From Polymyxa betae A26-41 (taxonomy: Eukaryota > Protista > Endomyxa: Phytomyxea): a DNA stretch of 64,000 bases. The notes beneath the pieces were generated by a model. The model had not been told where the DNA came from and ran no database searches. It worked only from the letters and a program-made list of their open reading frames with translations. Each line of letters opens with the position of its first letter. The first letter of the stretch is position 1. A program made the position numbers and the translations under genes. Positions 24,764-37,688 of the stretch are shown here, piece after piece. The stretch lies in the NCBI GenBank assembly GCA_003693705.1, contig RBZT01000727.1:1-64000 (forward strand), read 5' to 3'.

Positions 24764-25099
24764 GTGGATATTTTTTCATTAATGACATTCTGGTATTCAA
24801 CAAATATCTGCGTCAGAACTTGATTTTTCTGGACGAAGATCGGGCTGAAAAACGACAAAATACTTTTCGGGTCCGGTTGCTGAAGCGATTCAAACATGAC
24901 TCATCAAAGAATGGACCCAGGCTAATATCATGATCACCTATAGAACGTAGATCAGGCTCATCCTCTCTTAGAAGTTGATTGCTGAGTCCATTGAAAAAAG
25001 TCGCGCTCATCACTGTTGAAAATGCGTCAGAATCAGCTCGGCAATAAAATCATCAAATGAACCACGAGAAGTGATTCATGCTTTATCGCAACAAATTTC

Positions 25100-27200
25100 A
25101 GAGAGGAAATAAAAAAATCTGATCACGCTGAAATGATCACATTTATTACGACTGCCTTCTATTATAGAAACTTCATCATGATTAACCGACGTGCTAACAC
25201 ATACAAGATAAACGGCATCGGCAAGATTGACGTTGGACGACGCTACAGCTGTTGAAGATCATGTCGTTCCGGCCCTTTTCACAATCCGGATCACTGAGCG
25301 TCTGGCATGCCTCCTGAATCAGCTGAAATCGCTGTTCGGCAACCTTTTTTTAGATACAGATTTCTTATCGGGATGGCATTGCAGAGCATGGACTTGTAGC
25401 GGAGTGCAGTCCCTAGCAACGTCAACGATTTTGTAAAGCAGATTTTCAATTGGAATATCCAATAGTCCGCCAAGAAGAAAAAATGGCACAGAACCCGCCA
25501 TATAAGTCCGTTTTCTCTATGATTCTTAATCAGTGATCTTCGCTTACATAATGAACAGTGTGAAATTGCACAGCATTTCCCAATCACTTAATGTCAGTGC
25601 AATAAGAGATCAGTAAAGCAGTTTGATGGAATCATGCAGCTTAAATCAAATATAAAGTATTTAGTACTCCTTTTTATCGATATTTTTGAACTGATCAAAG
25701 CAAGATTCGGACGCAGCCTAAATCTGCAGATCAATAGGCTCTTTGTACTGATAGTAAAGCTCGGCTCTGCGATCACGTTGGTTACTTGACAATCGAAATG
25801 TATTTTTCAGCATGGATGGTCACAAGGACAAGAATCCCGGCCCGGTCATAGCTCGATTTTGCCTTTATCTTTGCTTGATGCCGTGATTCAATCTAATTCT
25901 TAAGCAGGTCCAAATGGTGTGGTTTCTATGAAGTTGTCTTCAACAATATGGAGGTTTGTATAATTGTTCACAGCAATCATAACATGTTGCCTTTGCAAAG
26001 TTCGCATTCACACATTTTGCAATGTTTTCACTAAATTCAAGGCAAACGCTGCAATTGCTGAAGTTGCATTTTACACAATTCGCAATATTCGATGCATTCG
26101 TGCAGCTGAATACACTCGGTACTCATTTGTTACAGTTTTCACGTAATGTCATTGTTTGAGAATCCAAATTGCGTCAAAAAATTTGATTATCTTGACAAAC
26201 CAGTACCCAAGTTTTCTCATGATCCAAGAGCCTTCTCGCAATGTTTTTCGAGGATCAGGGCATAGTAGTCCATGACAATTTCAATGGACTCAACGTGCTC
26301 AATCAGCACTCCCAAGTCCTTCTTCTGGAAATTTCATTGACATTTTTAGTTTTGGAATCGCAAACAATGAAACACATCGGAAACATTCGCAGTATTCAAA
26401 TCTCTGATACGCGTTTCATTCGAAGCAAATACGTTGCTATTAACTGCGAACAAATGCCCATCAGGCCCATCAATCCCCCGTAAATGTCATCGTGTGGCTG
26501 CGTTGAATTGGACATCGCTTCGGTTGCTAAAATACCCACGATTTGAAGAGTCTATTCCAAACACATTCTCTCTACCGACTAGTATGTAGAGAGAATGTGT
26601 TTGAACTGTAAATGTCGGTAAAAGTCTTCGGTTAACAACTAGAAGATACCCGCTGTGTTTTTGGTTTCTTGTCTGGACACGACGTGTGCAGTATCATTGT
26701 GATGATTGGACGTTTGGACAAATTTCAAAGGCTGATTGAAATCTCTCATTTGATCTAACACAAATTGTTCCCGATGCTTTACAGAATTCATGACGAATTT
26801 AGACACATAAGGGGAAGTGCGATATTCGAAGTCGGGAGATCTTTGCTTAATGATGTTCTAAATAGTAGTTTATCGGCCTTATTGGTTTCTCACCATGTGT
26901 GGTTCCCAATGCGAACTGAATGTGTTGATTTTTAGCTACATTTTGTGCAATGTGAAAATTCCAGAAGTGTCCATGGACAATCTATTAGTTGCGCCTGTAT
27001 TGAGTTGAACAATGTTGAAAAGGCAACAATGACAGAGCTGGCTCCTCGGATATTTGTAGATTTCAAATCGATCGAGTCCCACCGGAAATATTTGCTGCTG
27101 TATAGATATTGTACTTAAAGCAAATCGACTTCTATCGGCCTTGTTCGTTTCGAGTGCTGCTGAAAGCAAGTGTGGCTATGAGTCCCGAATGTCACGTCTT
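25100..27200 (-). pseudogene. Heavily decayed transposase-like gene, possibly KDZ/CxC5-CxC6 type
   Basis: Scattered fragments: HCTKC, FVQTSNHH, GILVLV, YFIFDLSC, LQCHP; many stops. Confidence 0.3.
26558..26603. repeat. Perfect 18-bp inverted repeat, 10-nt loop
   Basis: caaacacattctctctac / gtagagagaatgtgtttg. Confidence 0.9.
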
Positions 27201-27662
27201 TAATGCAGAGATGCTTGCTCGTAAAGATTTCTTAGTGTTGCCCTTCCCATATTGGCAAGATTTGCTGCCTCAGTATCAATTTTATTTTCAAGAATGGATC
27301 TATCAACATAAGGTGTTCGTTTTTATGGGTTTCACATTCACTGCTGTGTTTCCATAGGCGTTGTTTGATCAAAAATTTCTAAAAAACAACAATTGCAGGA
27401 AAAGGTTTTTTCGAAGAAGCCGAAAAAAAGGCACCCCGAGAAATCAGAGCAAAATCGTGCGGAAAGCTTTATGTGCAAAGGCCAGTGAATGAAAATCGAA
27501 AGCGAAGTTGTGGACGATTATCAGGCAGGATTTCAACCGGCTGTATTCAAATCTGCTACAATGGGCTAAACGACTTTTAGTCGTCAAATTCGAATTCATC
27601 TCCACGATTAAAATTGAATTTGTTCCCGATTATACTATACCAAAAGCGTAGCGATTGTAATC

Positions 27663-28013
27663 ATGGCCGAACAATACTCACCAAGATGTGACGCCCTGGG
27701 TTCCATTAACAACCCCATCGATCTGGACAATGTCCCGTATATAGATACGGCTATCCCCGCCGACCGCGACAACCGACGACAGCATGGTAGAGCTATGGAA
27801 AAAATGGATAATGAAGGGAAATTGAGAATATTAGATCGGCAGTTCACCATCGAACTCGACGTTCTCATCACCATTCCATGCGCATGCCGAGTCACGAGCA
27901 ATATCGAATTCAGAAATGTAATAAATAGAGTCGAATCTCTCTCAGCTGGTGTGCAAGTTGTCGAATACAATGCAGAACGCCAATCGTTTCAGGATCACCC
28001 AAACCCTAGCTAG
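27663..28013 (+). CDS. Hypothetical protein (116 aa)
   Basis: ATG-initiated ORF with protein-like composition; no recognised motif. Confidence 0.35.
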   Translation: MAEQYSPRCDALGSINNPIDLDNVPYIDTAIPADRDNRRQHGRAMEKMDNEGKLRILDRQFTIELDVLITIPCACRVTSNIEFRNVINRVESLSAGVQVVEYNAERQSFQDHPNPS

Positions 28014-29377
28014 AACGCAAATAACATCCTTCCAACAAAAGTTTTGAATATCAGTCTCGAAAGACTTCACATAAAGCTATTATACCATTTGATATAAATA
28101 TGTATCAAATTTGTTCAAACAGAAGCACTATGATTCGTCGTCTTCAATAAAAAATCCCAGTTCCTCATAATCACAAACAGAGAAATCTCACATTTAAAAG
28201 GGAGATTTTGCAGCGGTGCTTGATGGTAGCTAAGCCGTAATGCCCAATCTTCGGCAGCAGACGAATACGAGTTGATAAAATGATTTGTGACTGTGTCACT
28301 TCAGAGCTCCGAGCCTGGTTGGCAGCCGTCGGATGCCGAAAAAAAAGAATCCCCCCTACCCGGGTCGAACGGGTGACCTGAGCATTACAGTTATATCTAC
28401 AGTGCCCCGCTCTTCCAACTGAGCTAAGAAGGGATCTTGCTGCCATCGTATTCGACTGACAAATTGCACTGTGATCACGTTCAAAAAGGTGAATGGATTA
28501 CCTGCCGTTTTGAATGATGGCAGTGCTTCCGGTTGTATGAGGGTGAGTCAAATTATTGATACCTCGAGACCTATTTTTCGATCAAGCCTAAAATCTGTTC
28601 ATTTTGTCAAGCTTCATCGATTTCATTCACGCTTCTGATCGCTCGAGTATCCTTGTCGTGGGTCCCTTGTCGATATATTAAGCCTGTAAATCGGCAAACT
28701 GAGCAATTGGGTAGGACTCCGGTTGGCATTGATGGAAAGAATTTCAAAAGCGAATCATGAACAATATCGAGCTGTATTGCTGGTACTTTTGACATATCTT
28801 ATTGTCAACGATCTCAAGTGCTATTGGCATTTCACAATAAGATGGTTACGCCTTTTGGGTTCATGAGGCGGGTCATGGACATTGGCCAGCGATCAAGATA
28901 TTTTTGTTGAAGACAAATGATAGCATCACTCAAGACTGACCTGACCTCAACATCGTTAATTCAAGAGGGCGATTGCGGATCGCTGCTCAGCTCGACATCA
29001 CTGTCGCTCTTTGCTAAGAAAAACTGTCTTGTAATTACGTTATTGGCGGGTTTTCATACTAACGAGCGTAAATTGGGCCTAAGCCAAGAGTTTTTTGAAA
29101 ATTGCATTCTGATAAAACTCTTGGAATTAGTATTGTCAATTATGTCGACATTTCTGTCAAAGCCATCCACTCCGTGTTGGCATCGAGGCCAGCCCTGGTC
29201 ATCTCTTTCGTGTCTTATTCACCTGAGACTCACTTTCTCTTTCATTCTGGTTCTTGCGTCATCAGTTCTGAATAGCGATCTTGTTCGGCGGTATCCACTC
29301 GACCCTTAATCATAACTGGGGTGTGTTCGTGGTGTGTACACAGTCCACACAGAAATCATCTCATGATACATACCTCA

Positions 29378-29480
29378 AAAAATTGCGCAGTTGTGGAAAT
29401 CATGATACCCATAAATTGCGCAATGGGTGGAAATCATGAAAATCATAAATTGCGCTGTGGTGGAAAACCTGAAACCTGGT
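29378..29480 (+). repeat. Three ~33-bp tandem repeats (aaattgcgc...gtggaaa.catga)
   Basis: Visible triplication about 300 bp upstream of the 29756 gene. Confidence 0.75.
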
Positions 29481-29755
29481 CACTAAAAATTTGCGCCATT
29501 AAAACGGCGCGATGATCGAAAATTATGCATTGTTTTGCTCAGAAGCCCTCAAAGAATGAGAGACGCAAATAAATAGTGCGCAGTGATTGGGCTCAATGTC
29601 ACAGTAAAATACGATCGACTACTGTAGATAGGTAACGTGGGTAACCCGAGGCGAGATTATGTCAGTTTGGCCTTGCGCATTTGTCTTGCATCCATCGAAT
29701 CTAGCCTTGACTAACAGAGGCAATACAAAACTGCGCAGTCATTGAGAATCATGTA

Positions 29756-32690
29756 ATGGCCCACAGGTCCGCGAAGGATCCCGGTGTGTGTGACCCCCCC
29801 GGGAATGGATCAATGATCAATCCCGCCGAATCGCCATCGAGATCTTTGAGTCCACGAAGCTGCCGCTCTCGTCGCGCTGCGGTCATGGTCTCGTTCCTCG
29901 CCACATCCGCCATCGTCGCCATCACCTTCATGGTCGGCCGTGTGGTTCTACGTCCGTCGCAACCTTGGAAACCGCCCAACGATGTTTCTCCGGTCGTACT
30001 GATCCAACCCCAGCCGAGCGACGGGGCCGAGCCTGCGACACCTGCCGTTGATGCCCGAGGCCCATCCGATGCGGCCGCGCCCTTCGACTTCGAGGTGACG
30101 GCGGAAGCTGCGGATTCCATTAGCTCGCCAGTGACTCGCCCTTTTGATAACGAACCAGTCCGTGCTAGCTCCTCGATTGGCGAACAATCATTGAGCGTTG
30201 GTTTGCACTTGGGAGAGGCCGCACGAGATAATGATCTCAGGCCAGATGCGCCGATAGCTCAGATGTTACGGGATGTCTCAGAATCGGAAGCACGCAGCCG
30301 CCTCGATCAGATTCCTTCAAACTCGCCCGAATCAATCTCGGAACACAAAATCGAATCGGATCCCGAACAAAATGCCGAGTCAAATCCGTCCTTAGCCGCC
30401 TCATCTAGTAACGATACTGAATCGTTACACATGGAGGAAGCAGCGAATGAATCGTCCAGCGACTGCATCGATATCCTGGATGATACCAAACTGTCGTTAT
30501 CAGAGAATCATTCAGGCGATACGACGTCTCTGGATTCTGACGCTGATTTGAGCAACTTTCCGTTCTACCCTTCGTTTAAGACTTCGTCGAAGTCGATGGT
30601 CGCCGTCAATGTTGCTTCGAATTCCGTGTTACATACCAAACACAAGGCGGATTGGAATCATCGGAGCGAGCCTGTATTCGCAACCTATCGTTTGTCGTCG
30701 TACCTCCCCACAGCTGACCCATCTTATTTCGAGAATCCTGGTACTACCTATCGAGTCTCATCGATGCCCGTTAAATCCATAGACGACGAGAAACCATGGT
30801 CTGGTCCTTGCGCTGGTGATATCTTCTCACTCGCGATGAATGTTCCTGGACTTCTCGCCAATATCGACCTGAGAGATTCGCCCTTTTCTAACAACGGAAA
30901 TCTTGCGTCGAATTCGGAGGACGACGTAACTGCAATTGAGGATGAATCGGAGTATGGTAATATGCTTGATAGGCTCATATTGAGAATCTGAATCTGTTTT
31001 AGTGCCGCTCAGAGAGTCTACCATCGACGATGTTGTAGATTTGTCTCCGGCGGAAGCCACAGAATCGCTTGGATGTTCTTATCGGTTCGAGGAGTTCGAA
31101 TTTGTCGATCTGGACGATTCCCGGGCTGGCGAATCATCGAATGATTGTGAGAACGTCAATGAAATCGATGCCGAGATGACAGCTCGTACGGATGGTCATT
31201 CTGACGATATTGAGCTATTCAATATATCCGCAAAGGATAATGGGTTTGATGCCCAAGCGCCGATCAGTCCAGAATCGCCTGAAACTTCTGATCAGTTGGA
31301 AGAAATCGAATGTATCGATCGGGAGGATTCCCTTGCTGGCGATTCATCGGATGAATTTGATGCAAAATTGGCAGATCTTACGGAAGTCGGGGACGGTCTT
31401 GAGCTGTCTAATGAATCCACAAACCGAGATGGACTTGATGCCACACTGTCGATGAGTTCTGATTCTACCCACTTGATCACGGACTCTGAACTTAACGTCG
31501 GCGACGCCTCTGATTCTATTCAAGTGGACCCAGAACTCAAGGTCAGCGACGCCTCTGATTCTACGCTAGCAGACCCAGAACTCAAGGTCGGCGACGCTAT
31601 TGACTCTACCCAAACAGACCCAGAACTCGTCGTCGACGACGCTTCTGATTCTACCCAATCGGACCCTGAACTCAACGTCGGCGACGCTACAGATTCCACC
31701 CAAACTGTATGCGATTATGAATCCACCATCAAGGGCTCCCAACCTGTTTCAATCTCTACTTTCGACGAACACCAAGAAGATGTCCTCCAGGGTGACCCCA
31801 TCCCCGAAGCGAACCAATCGATACCATCTCCTAATCATGATACTCAACCAGATGACAGCAATCCTGTGTCCATGTCTACCATGGTGCTAGACGGATTGGA
31901 TTCTTCACACATTGATATGTCTGTCTGTATCCAACAAGCTGAACCAGCAACCGGACTCCCATCCGCTGTCTCTACTCCTAAATCCATCCAAGACTCGATC
32001 TCAGAATCCGCCGCCGAGGAGCCCGACACCCATCATTCGTCAGTTTCTGAGACTGCCGAGGAGCCCGACATCCATCATCATGATTTCTCAGTTTCTGAGT
32101 TTGGGTCAAATGACCACTGCGTTGAGCTGGCAGAAGCTGTTCCCAACCCAGATGCCATTGCTTGGGTCAAGAATCAAGTCAAGAAATGTTTAAGGGAGGT
32201 CGATATCATCGTGAAATTTGGTTTCCCTTCTGATGCTGTCCTTAAGCATGTTAAGACCATCAATAACCTCTATCATTATTGGGCTCCTGTTTATTATGTT
32301 TTCCCGGATATCATCCCGACTCTGAAGACCGTCACGAATTGTTTCTTCCAGGCGTTAGCCAAATTTGAAGAAAAACTAGCGAACGCCGATTCGAAACTAG
32401 ACAAGTTAATTACGTCAGAATTCGTCTCCGAAATGACGAAGGCATCTCGTCGAAACACGATTATTAAGAAATTTTCGTGGTATATAGACTTTCTCAAGGC
32501 GAATCCAGAGCCCAGATATTTCTTCTGGGGTTCGCCTGGCTCTGTTCCTTTTGACGACCTTGTTGAATATCATCCGGGATCAACCAGCGTAGATATTTCC
32601 TTTTCCACAACCAGTTCTCCGGAATTTGAGTTGAAATCCATCAAGTTCCCAGGAAGCCGTTATTTCCAGGATCCCAAATGGATTCTATGA
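29756..32690 (+). CDS. Type-II membrane protein family, paralogue 1 (~962 aa): N-terminal TM anchor, long acidic Ser/Asp stalk, conserved C-terminal domain
   Basis: The two ORFs join in frame through a 46-bp GT-AG intron (30957-31002; EY-V-PLRE). TM AAVMVSFLATSAIVAITFMV. C-domain shared with the 33799 and 38201 genes. Confidence 0.8.
31482..31706 (+). repeat. 45-bp coding tandem repeat x5 (DPELxVxDAxDSTQx)
   Basis: Visible in both DNA and protein. Confidence 0.9.
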
Positions 32691-33798
32691 TCTGCATCTA
32701 TTCCTATCCCAGACCAAAATATCGATTAAATCTTTTGAATACACTTCTAATTGTTATCGATCGCTTGCTTTACCTATTGTGAAGTTGACCACCACCGTTG
32801 AAATTTTCGTTCATCCTGTTAGGCTGGCTTGTGATTAAATTTTTGTTAGTTTTCTGGATGGTGACTTCTGATGGGCAGTCCCATTACCCCATACTACAGG
32901 CGATGCTCTTTAATCTCCATCATCGTGCAAAAGAAATGTAAGGCATAGGGCCGATAGGCTTTATCGTGCGGCGACGATGCCATGAAGCCCGGCGACAGAT
33001 CGTCGACCTGATTTGTGTCTTGACGCCATGTTCAAGGTTTGCATATTGTCAGCAGTAGGATTGCCGACAGAATCGCCGCTGTTTGTGTGAGATCGACTTT
33101 TCCTGAGTACAATTTGATGAAGGAGATCGTAGTGAGATTCGAACATTGCTGAGATGCAGGCGATTATTAACAACGTGGGTGAACAACCCGAACCAGATCC
33201 TCCCTCCAAAATAAATCTAAACATTTTATTTCACTTAATGCAACGAGGAGGGAGTCCGAAATAAATGTCAACATCTTATGCATCCCCTAAGGTTTATTCT
33301 CGTTGCTGGAAGCCGAGATTCTCGAGCAGAAAGCAGCTCCCAGGTTCGCTTATTTTTGAGGGATAGCTCAGCTGTCGAGATGATCACCCCAAGTGGGCCC
33401 AGCCTCTGCAGCAACCCCCTTTGACCCCATCGTTTTACCCCGTAGTGGCCTCTGGTCTCACGAACGACTGCTACGGTAGAAAGACGGCCCCATTTGACCC
33501 CATCGTTGTACCCTAGGACCCCAGGCCCCAGCTCTTTTCTGTGACTCCCCCTCAATCTTCATTCTTCAACAGTCAACAATGTTGATCGTGGGTGTAGACT
33601 ACTGAGCTGGCTGCTGACTGATTACTGATCAGAGCGGGTGGTGGCCTCTGGTCTCTCTAGCTACTGCTAGAAAGGCGGGCCCAGGCCCGTCAATATCTTC
33701 CTATGATGCAGCTGCCTGTGATTGCGTGGATCTTCTCAATCACAATTTCAATCGTCCACCCGATTTTGGATCTGCACAAATAACAGCGACGACTTTTA

Positions 33799-35135
33799 AT
33801 GTTCGATGATTCATCATCAAGCGATATATCCAGACAGCGAGGTTTGACATCATTACGAAGACGTACCGGTTCCAATGTTTGGATTATTTTAATCGTCGTC
33901 GACTTCGCCATTGCTCTATGTGTCGGATTGTATATTTTCTACCCGAAAACTGTAATGCAAAAGGATTCTGGTCGAGCTGACTCAAACGCATTGGAGCTCT
34001 CTCCTGACCTTAAAGGATCCTCTCATCAAAACGATACCTCAGATAAAGCTCAGCCTCTATATCAGCGTAGCTTTTATAGAAATATATCTGCAAATCTATC
34101 GACTTTTATCGAATGTCTCAACGATAGAATGCCGCCCGAAAACCTCAGTTTGAGCCAAACGCTCATCAATATCGATTCCGAGGTGCACCTATCTGAACAA
34201 ACACCCGAAATTAATTCCAAAAATCTATCGACTTCTATCGAAAATCTCAACAATAGTCGCCCGAAAACTTTACTTTGAGCCAAGCGCTCATCGATATCGA
34301 TTTCGAGGTGCTCCTATCTGAACCATCACCCGAACACAACCTCACAGATAAGTCTGAGATAGCTCTGCCGCTGCCAACCGCAGCGAACAGCAGCTGCCAG
34401 CTATCATCTAACGATAGCGACAATGCATCGCTGCCCTTCAATGATCCGATCAGCGATATGCAACCGTGGATAGATAACAGCAGCGGGAAAGAGCCTGAAC
34501 CCGCTGAGCCTGTTGCTGAAAACAACGCCGCCTCGAAGCCATCGGATCAGCTGGAGTCGCCGATCTCCAAGGAGGATCTGCTCGCTACACTTCAGCAGCA
34601 GCTCGAACAATGTAAAGCTCAAGCTATGCTGCTGAGACGAACGTTTACCGAGGCGAATCTCAGACAGCATCTGAACTGTGTGGAAGAGTTTGTCCAGCAA
34701 TGGGCCCCGAATTACTGCATTTATCCTGAGCTCGCTGCGAAATTCAAAGACGTCGGTGACCGGTTCTTCTCATCGTTGGCAACGTTCTATATCAAGCTGG
34801 GAAAAGCCACTCTCGATCTGCAATCCATCAAATCCAATAACCCGCGGTTTTCGAGGCATTTCACACTCGGTCCGAGCAAGAAACAATCTCTCATTAACAC
34901 GTTTTCGTGGTATCGAGATTTCCTAAGAACAAATCAGCGATATCTATTTTGGGGATCATCCAAGCAGTACATCTTCCAAGATGATAATCTCCAAGTTCTA
35001 TCTATTCCATTTCCATGCAATATCACGAGCTGTACCAGTAAACGTGCCTTCAGCAGTCTATGTCGGACGAGTCCTCAATTCCAGCTGAACTCGGTGGGAT
35101 TTCCAGGCCAGAGTATCTTCCTCGACGACGTTTAG
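33799..35135 (+). pseudogene. Type-II membrane protein family, paralogue 2 (frameshifted)
   Basis: TM VWIILIVVDFAIALCVGLYIFYP. The second copy of an internal ~130-bp duplication lacks 4 bp near 34255, shifting the frame. C-domain intact in ORF 34275-35135. Confidence 0.75.
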
Positions 35136-36068
35136 ACAGTTTGAGCCTTTTAGACAATTCACAATTCAGCTCAGTGTGCCATAATCTAATAGATTCCCCG
35201 TTTTCAAATTTTCAAATACAAACAAATGCCAAAAATTCGGCTCCGTAATGAGCGCTGCTGTGAAAGCAACAGGTAGGTAGAGCCTATAGAGCATCCATGT
35301 TCAGACCGAGAACGTCAGTTGAACCGTGAGCTCAACCTCCTGCAAGCCAGACATGAAATGGTGAAAATGCTTTTAAGGATGTTCGGATTTTGAAAGAGAA
35401 GTTTCGACACTCTCGTGCACAGCATCAGATCGTTTTTACAGCCTCCGCAAAGTTAGTAGAACTGAAGCTTTTTGAAGAGCCTTTACCCAATGCACGAAAC
35501 CTTTTTTTGAGCGCGTAACAATCGCCAAAAATCATAATACATTAAAAAAGTTTATTCAAAGCTGTTTTTGCAAGACCGTATTTTCCTGTGTCCAGGACCT
35601 ATAATAAGACTTGGTAGATAGCTGATATTTAGCTCATGAAAGCTACATTCTCCTACTGATGTCGCGTGTTTTGTCATGCAAGTATTCAGTGTTTACCAAG
35701 CCCTCCTTTTATAGTGCGCGAAACTTATTTTGAGCAAAATTGCTTATTTAGTGCTCAAAGTGAGAATTATTTTGTAATTTATACTCTTATAGTGACCAAA
35801 CAAATGGCAATAATCATGGTTGAAGATGCATTCATAGCTTGAATTGTCCCTCGAGACGAATTCCTTCAAGAGAGAAATGTGTTAATGACATCCTGAACAA
35901 ACATTGTTTCCCTTTTGAAAAGTCGAAATTCCGACTCGGTCCGAGCTGTAATCGGAAACAGTGTAGGAATCCGACCACAAACACTTTTTGAAGAAGTTGG
36001 AAGCGACCCCAGAACACTCGGCAGTTTATACCGCATATTCGTCATCCAGTATCTGTTATCCAACATGA

Positions 36069-36212
36069 TATCTAGAGAGTTTCAGGAGGGCGACTGCTGG
36101 CACTCTCTAGAGGGAGATAACGAAACGCTTTCCCTATATTATACCTATAAAAGCACTTCGTTATCACTCTCTAGAGAGTGCCAACAGTCGCCCTCCTGAC
36201 ACTCTCTAGATA
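36069..36212. mobile_element. MITE / foldback element with ~60-bp terminal inverted repeats, flanked by TA
   Basis: ta-tctagagagt.tcaggagggcgactg.tggcactctctagag.g.gataacgaa... mirrored at the right end. Confidence 0.8.
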
Positions 36213-36414
36213 CGTCAGTCTTTGTAAATGTGTTTATTATCATTCAAAAACGGGATTGGTGCCGACTCAGACGCGAGTGAATAGCCAACGACGTCCCCAC
36301 CCTTCTGCCTGGCAATCTAACGCCAGGGTTCAGAACCGGTATTGTGACGCGCCATATGCCCAGTGTGCATATCACACACATCCCAATTCCATTCAGAAAC
36401 ATTGATTGCTAGGG

Positions 36415-37479
36415 TTAGACTGCAACTGTCGGCAGAATGCTGCGCGGCCACGACAGCCATCGACTTATCGGGAGAAGCCAATAAACCAATGTGGGGACGA
36501 TTACGAACCAATACACAGGATCGAAGCCACGCCAGATCCACCCTATGCTCGTAACAGACGGCGCAATTCCAATAAAAATGCATGGTGCAACCCTAACGGA
36601 ATCATGAACCCATCGACATGAATCGGGATCTGGCAGACGAGCAAATTGATATCGCATCTCGCTACGGACCACACTGATGTCGCCCTCGAACTCGACCACA
36701 GCATCAATCATTGCATCGAGTTCAGAGTAACCGTTAAGAATTGGAGCGAGCATTGAAGAAGTAACCTGACCACCTTGCGTACGTATCAATGCGCAGATTC
36801 GTCTCTGGGTTCGGCTTTTTTCGACACCAAATAGGAACATTCGCAGGTTGTCAATAACGCCGACATTGGGCAATTCGTTTTCAGGCAGTGAGTGCACTTC
36901 GCCTCGGTAGCACAAACCCGGAATGGAGCAGAGAAGTATATCCAACCAGTGTTGGTCGAATCGCTCCCAGATGGTGCGCCCTGGAACCAAAGCGACTAAC
37001 CCGCCAGTGTACAAGCACAGTATCAAACAAATGCCACAATACAGCACGATAACCGGCAACAGAAGTAATAACACGCCTTGCTTCAGGAGTCCCAGCACTA
37101 CGCTTACAAAATATCGCCACGCCCGAATCCACTCATATCTTTTCAGCAGACTTTCGAAGTCTCGGTTGATATGAAAGAATGGGACGTGCCCGGCATACTT
37201 CAAATCGATGGTGGCTGCCCCGCAGTGAACTCTGTACTGCAATTGTGTGCTCGAGATTCGTGAGGCGGGAACATGATAGTTGCACTCGTCCACTATGGAG
37301 GCCAATGACGACATTGACCCTGCCAGTTGGCCAACTTCACCAAGGTCAATAAGCGATTCAGGAACTGCGACGGACTGCGATTGATCCAAAGGACCAGCTC
37401 CAGATCTGTGCCATTCCTGATTCGTCTGTTCCGAACGGGTGTATGACGATGAACGACATATCCCTGCTTGCATTAGCAC
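36415..37479 (-). CDS. Membrane protein resembling the At5g03900-like family; true start probably downstream of 37479
   Basis: TM hairpin followed by FLFG...IRTQGGQVT...LAP...FEG....YQF pattern; intronless 354-aa ORF. Confidence 0.5.
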   Translation of the reverse strand: MLMQAGICRSSSYTRSEQTNQEWHRSGAGPLDQSQSVAVPESLIDLGEVGQLAGSMSSLASIVDECNYHVPASRISSTQLQYRVHCGAATIDLKYAGHVPFFHINRDFESLLKRYEWIRAWRYFVSVVLGLLKQGVLLLLLPVIVLYCGICLILCLYTGGLVALVPGRTIWERFDQHWLDILLCSIPGLCYRGEVHSLPENELPNVGVIDNLRMFLFGVEKSRTQRRICALIRTQGGQVTSSMLAPILNGYSELDAMIDAVVEFEGDISVVRSEMRYQFARLPDPDSCRWVHDSVRVAPCIFIGIAPSVTSIGWIWRGFDPVYWFVIVPTLVYWLLPISRWLSWPRSILPTVAV

Positions 37480-37688
37480 TGATCGCCATGCTTTGCATTC
37501 CTGCCAGTATTGCTGGGAACGCCAAATCGCTCCCCGTAATTGGTGAACTCGCCACCACTGCTGAATCGGGTGCCAAAGGATTCGCGGGCGCGGTATGCCA
37601 TTTAGCCGGCAACGAGACGGCTGGCAAACAACTGATGGATGGAGCTAGAGACAGCTGGAAGCAATATTCAGAAGTTAGTGATGTTTGA
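37443..37688 (+). CDS. Small secreted protein (first exon or fragment)
   Basis: Signal-peptide-like MNDISLLALALIAMLCIPASIA; Ala/Gly-rich amphipathic body; possible donor gttagt near 37673. Confidence 0.45.
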   Translation: MTMNDISLLALALIAMLCIPASIAGNAKSLPVIGELATTAESGAKGFAGAVCHLAGNETAGKQLMDGARDSWKQYSEVSDV

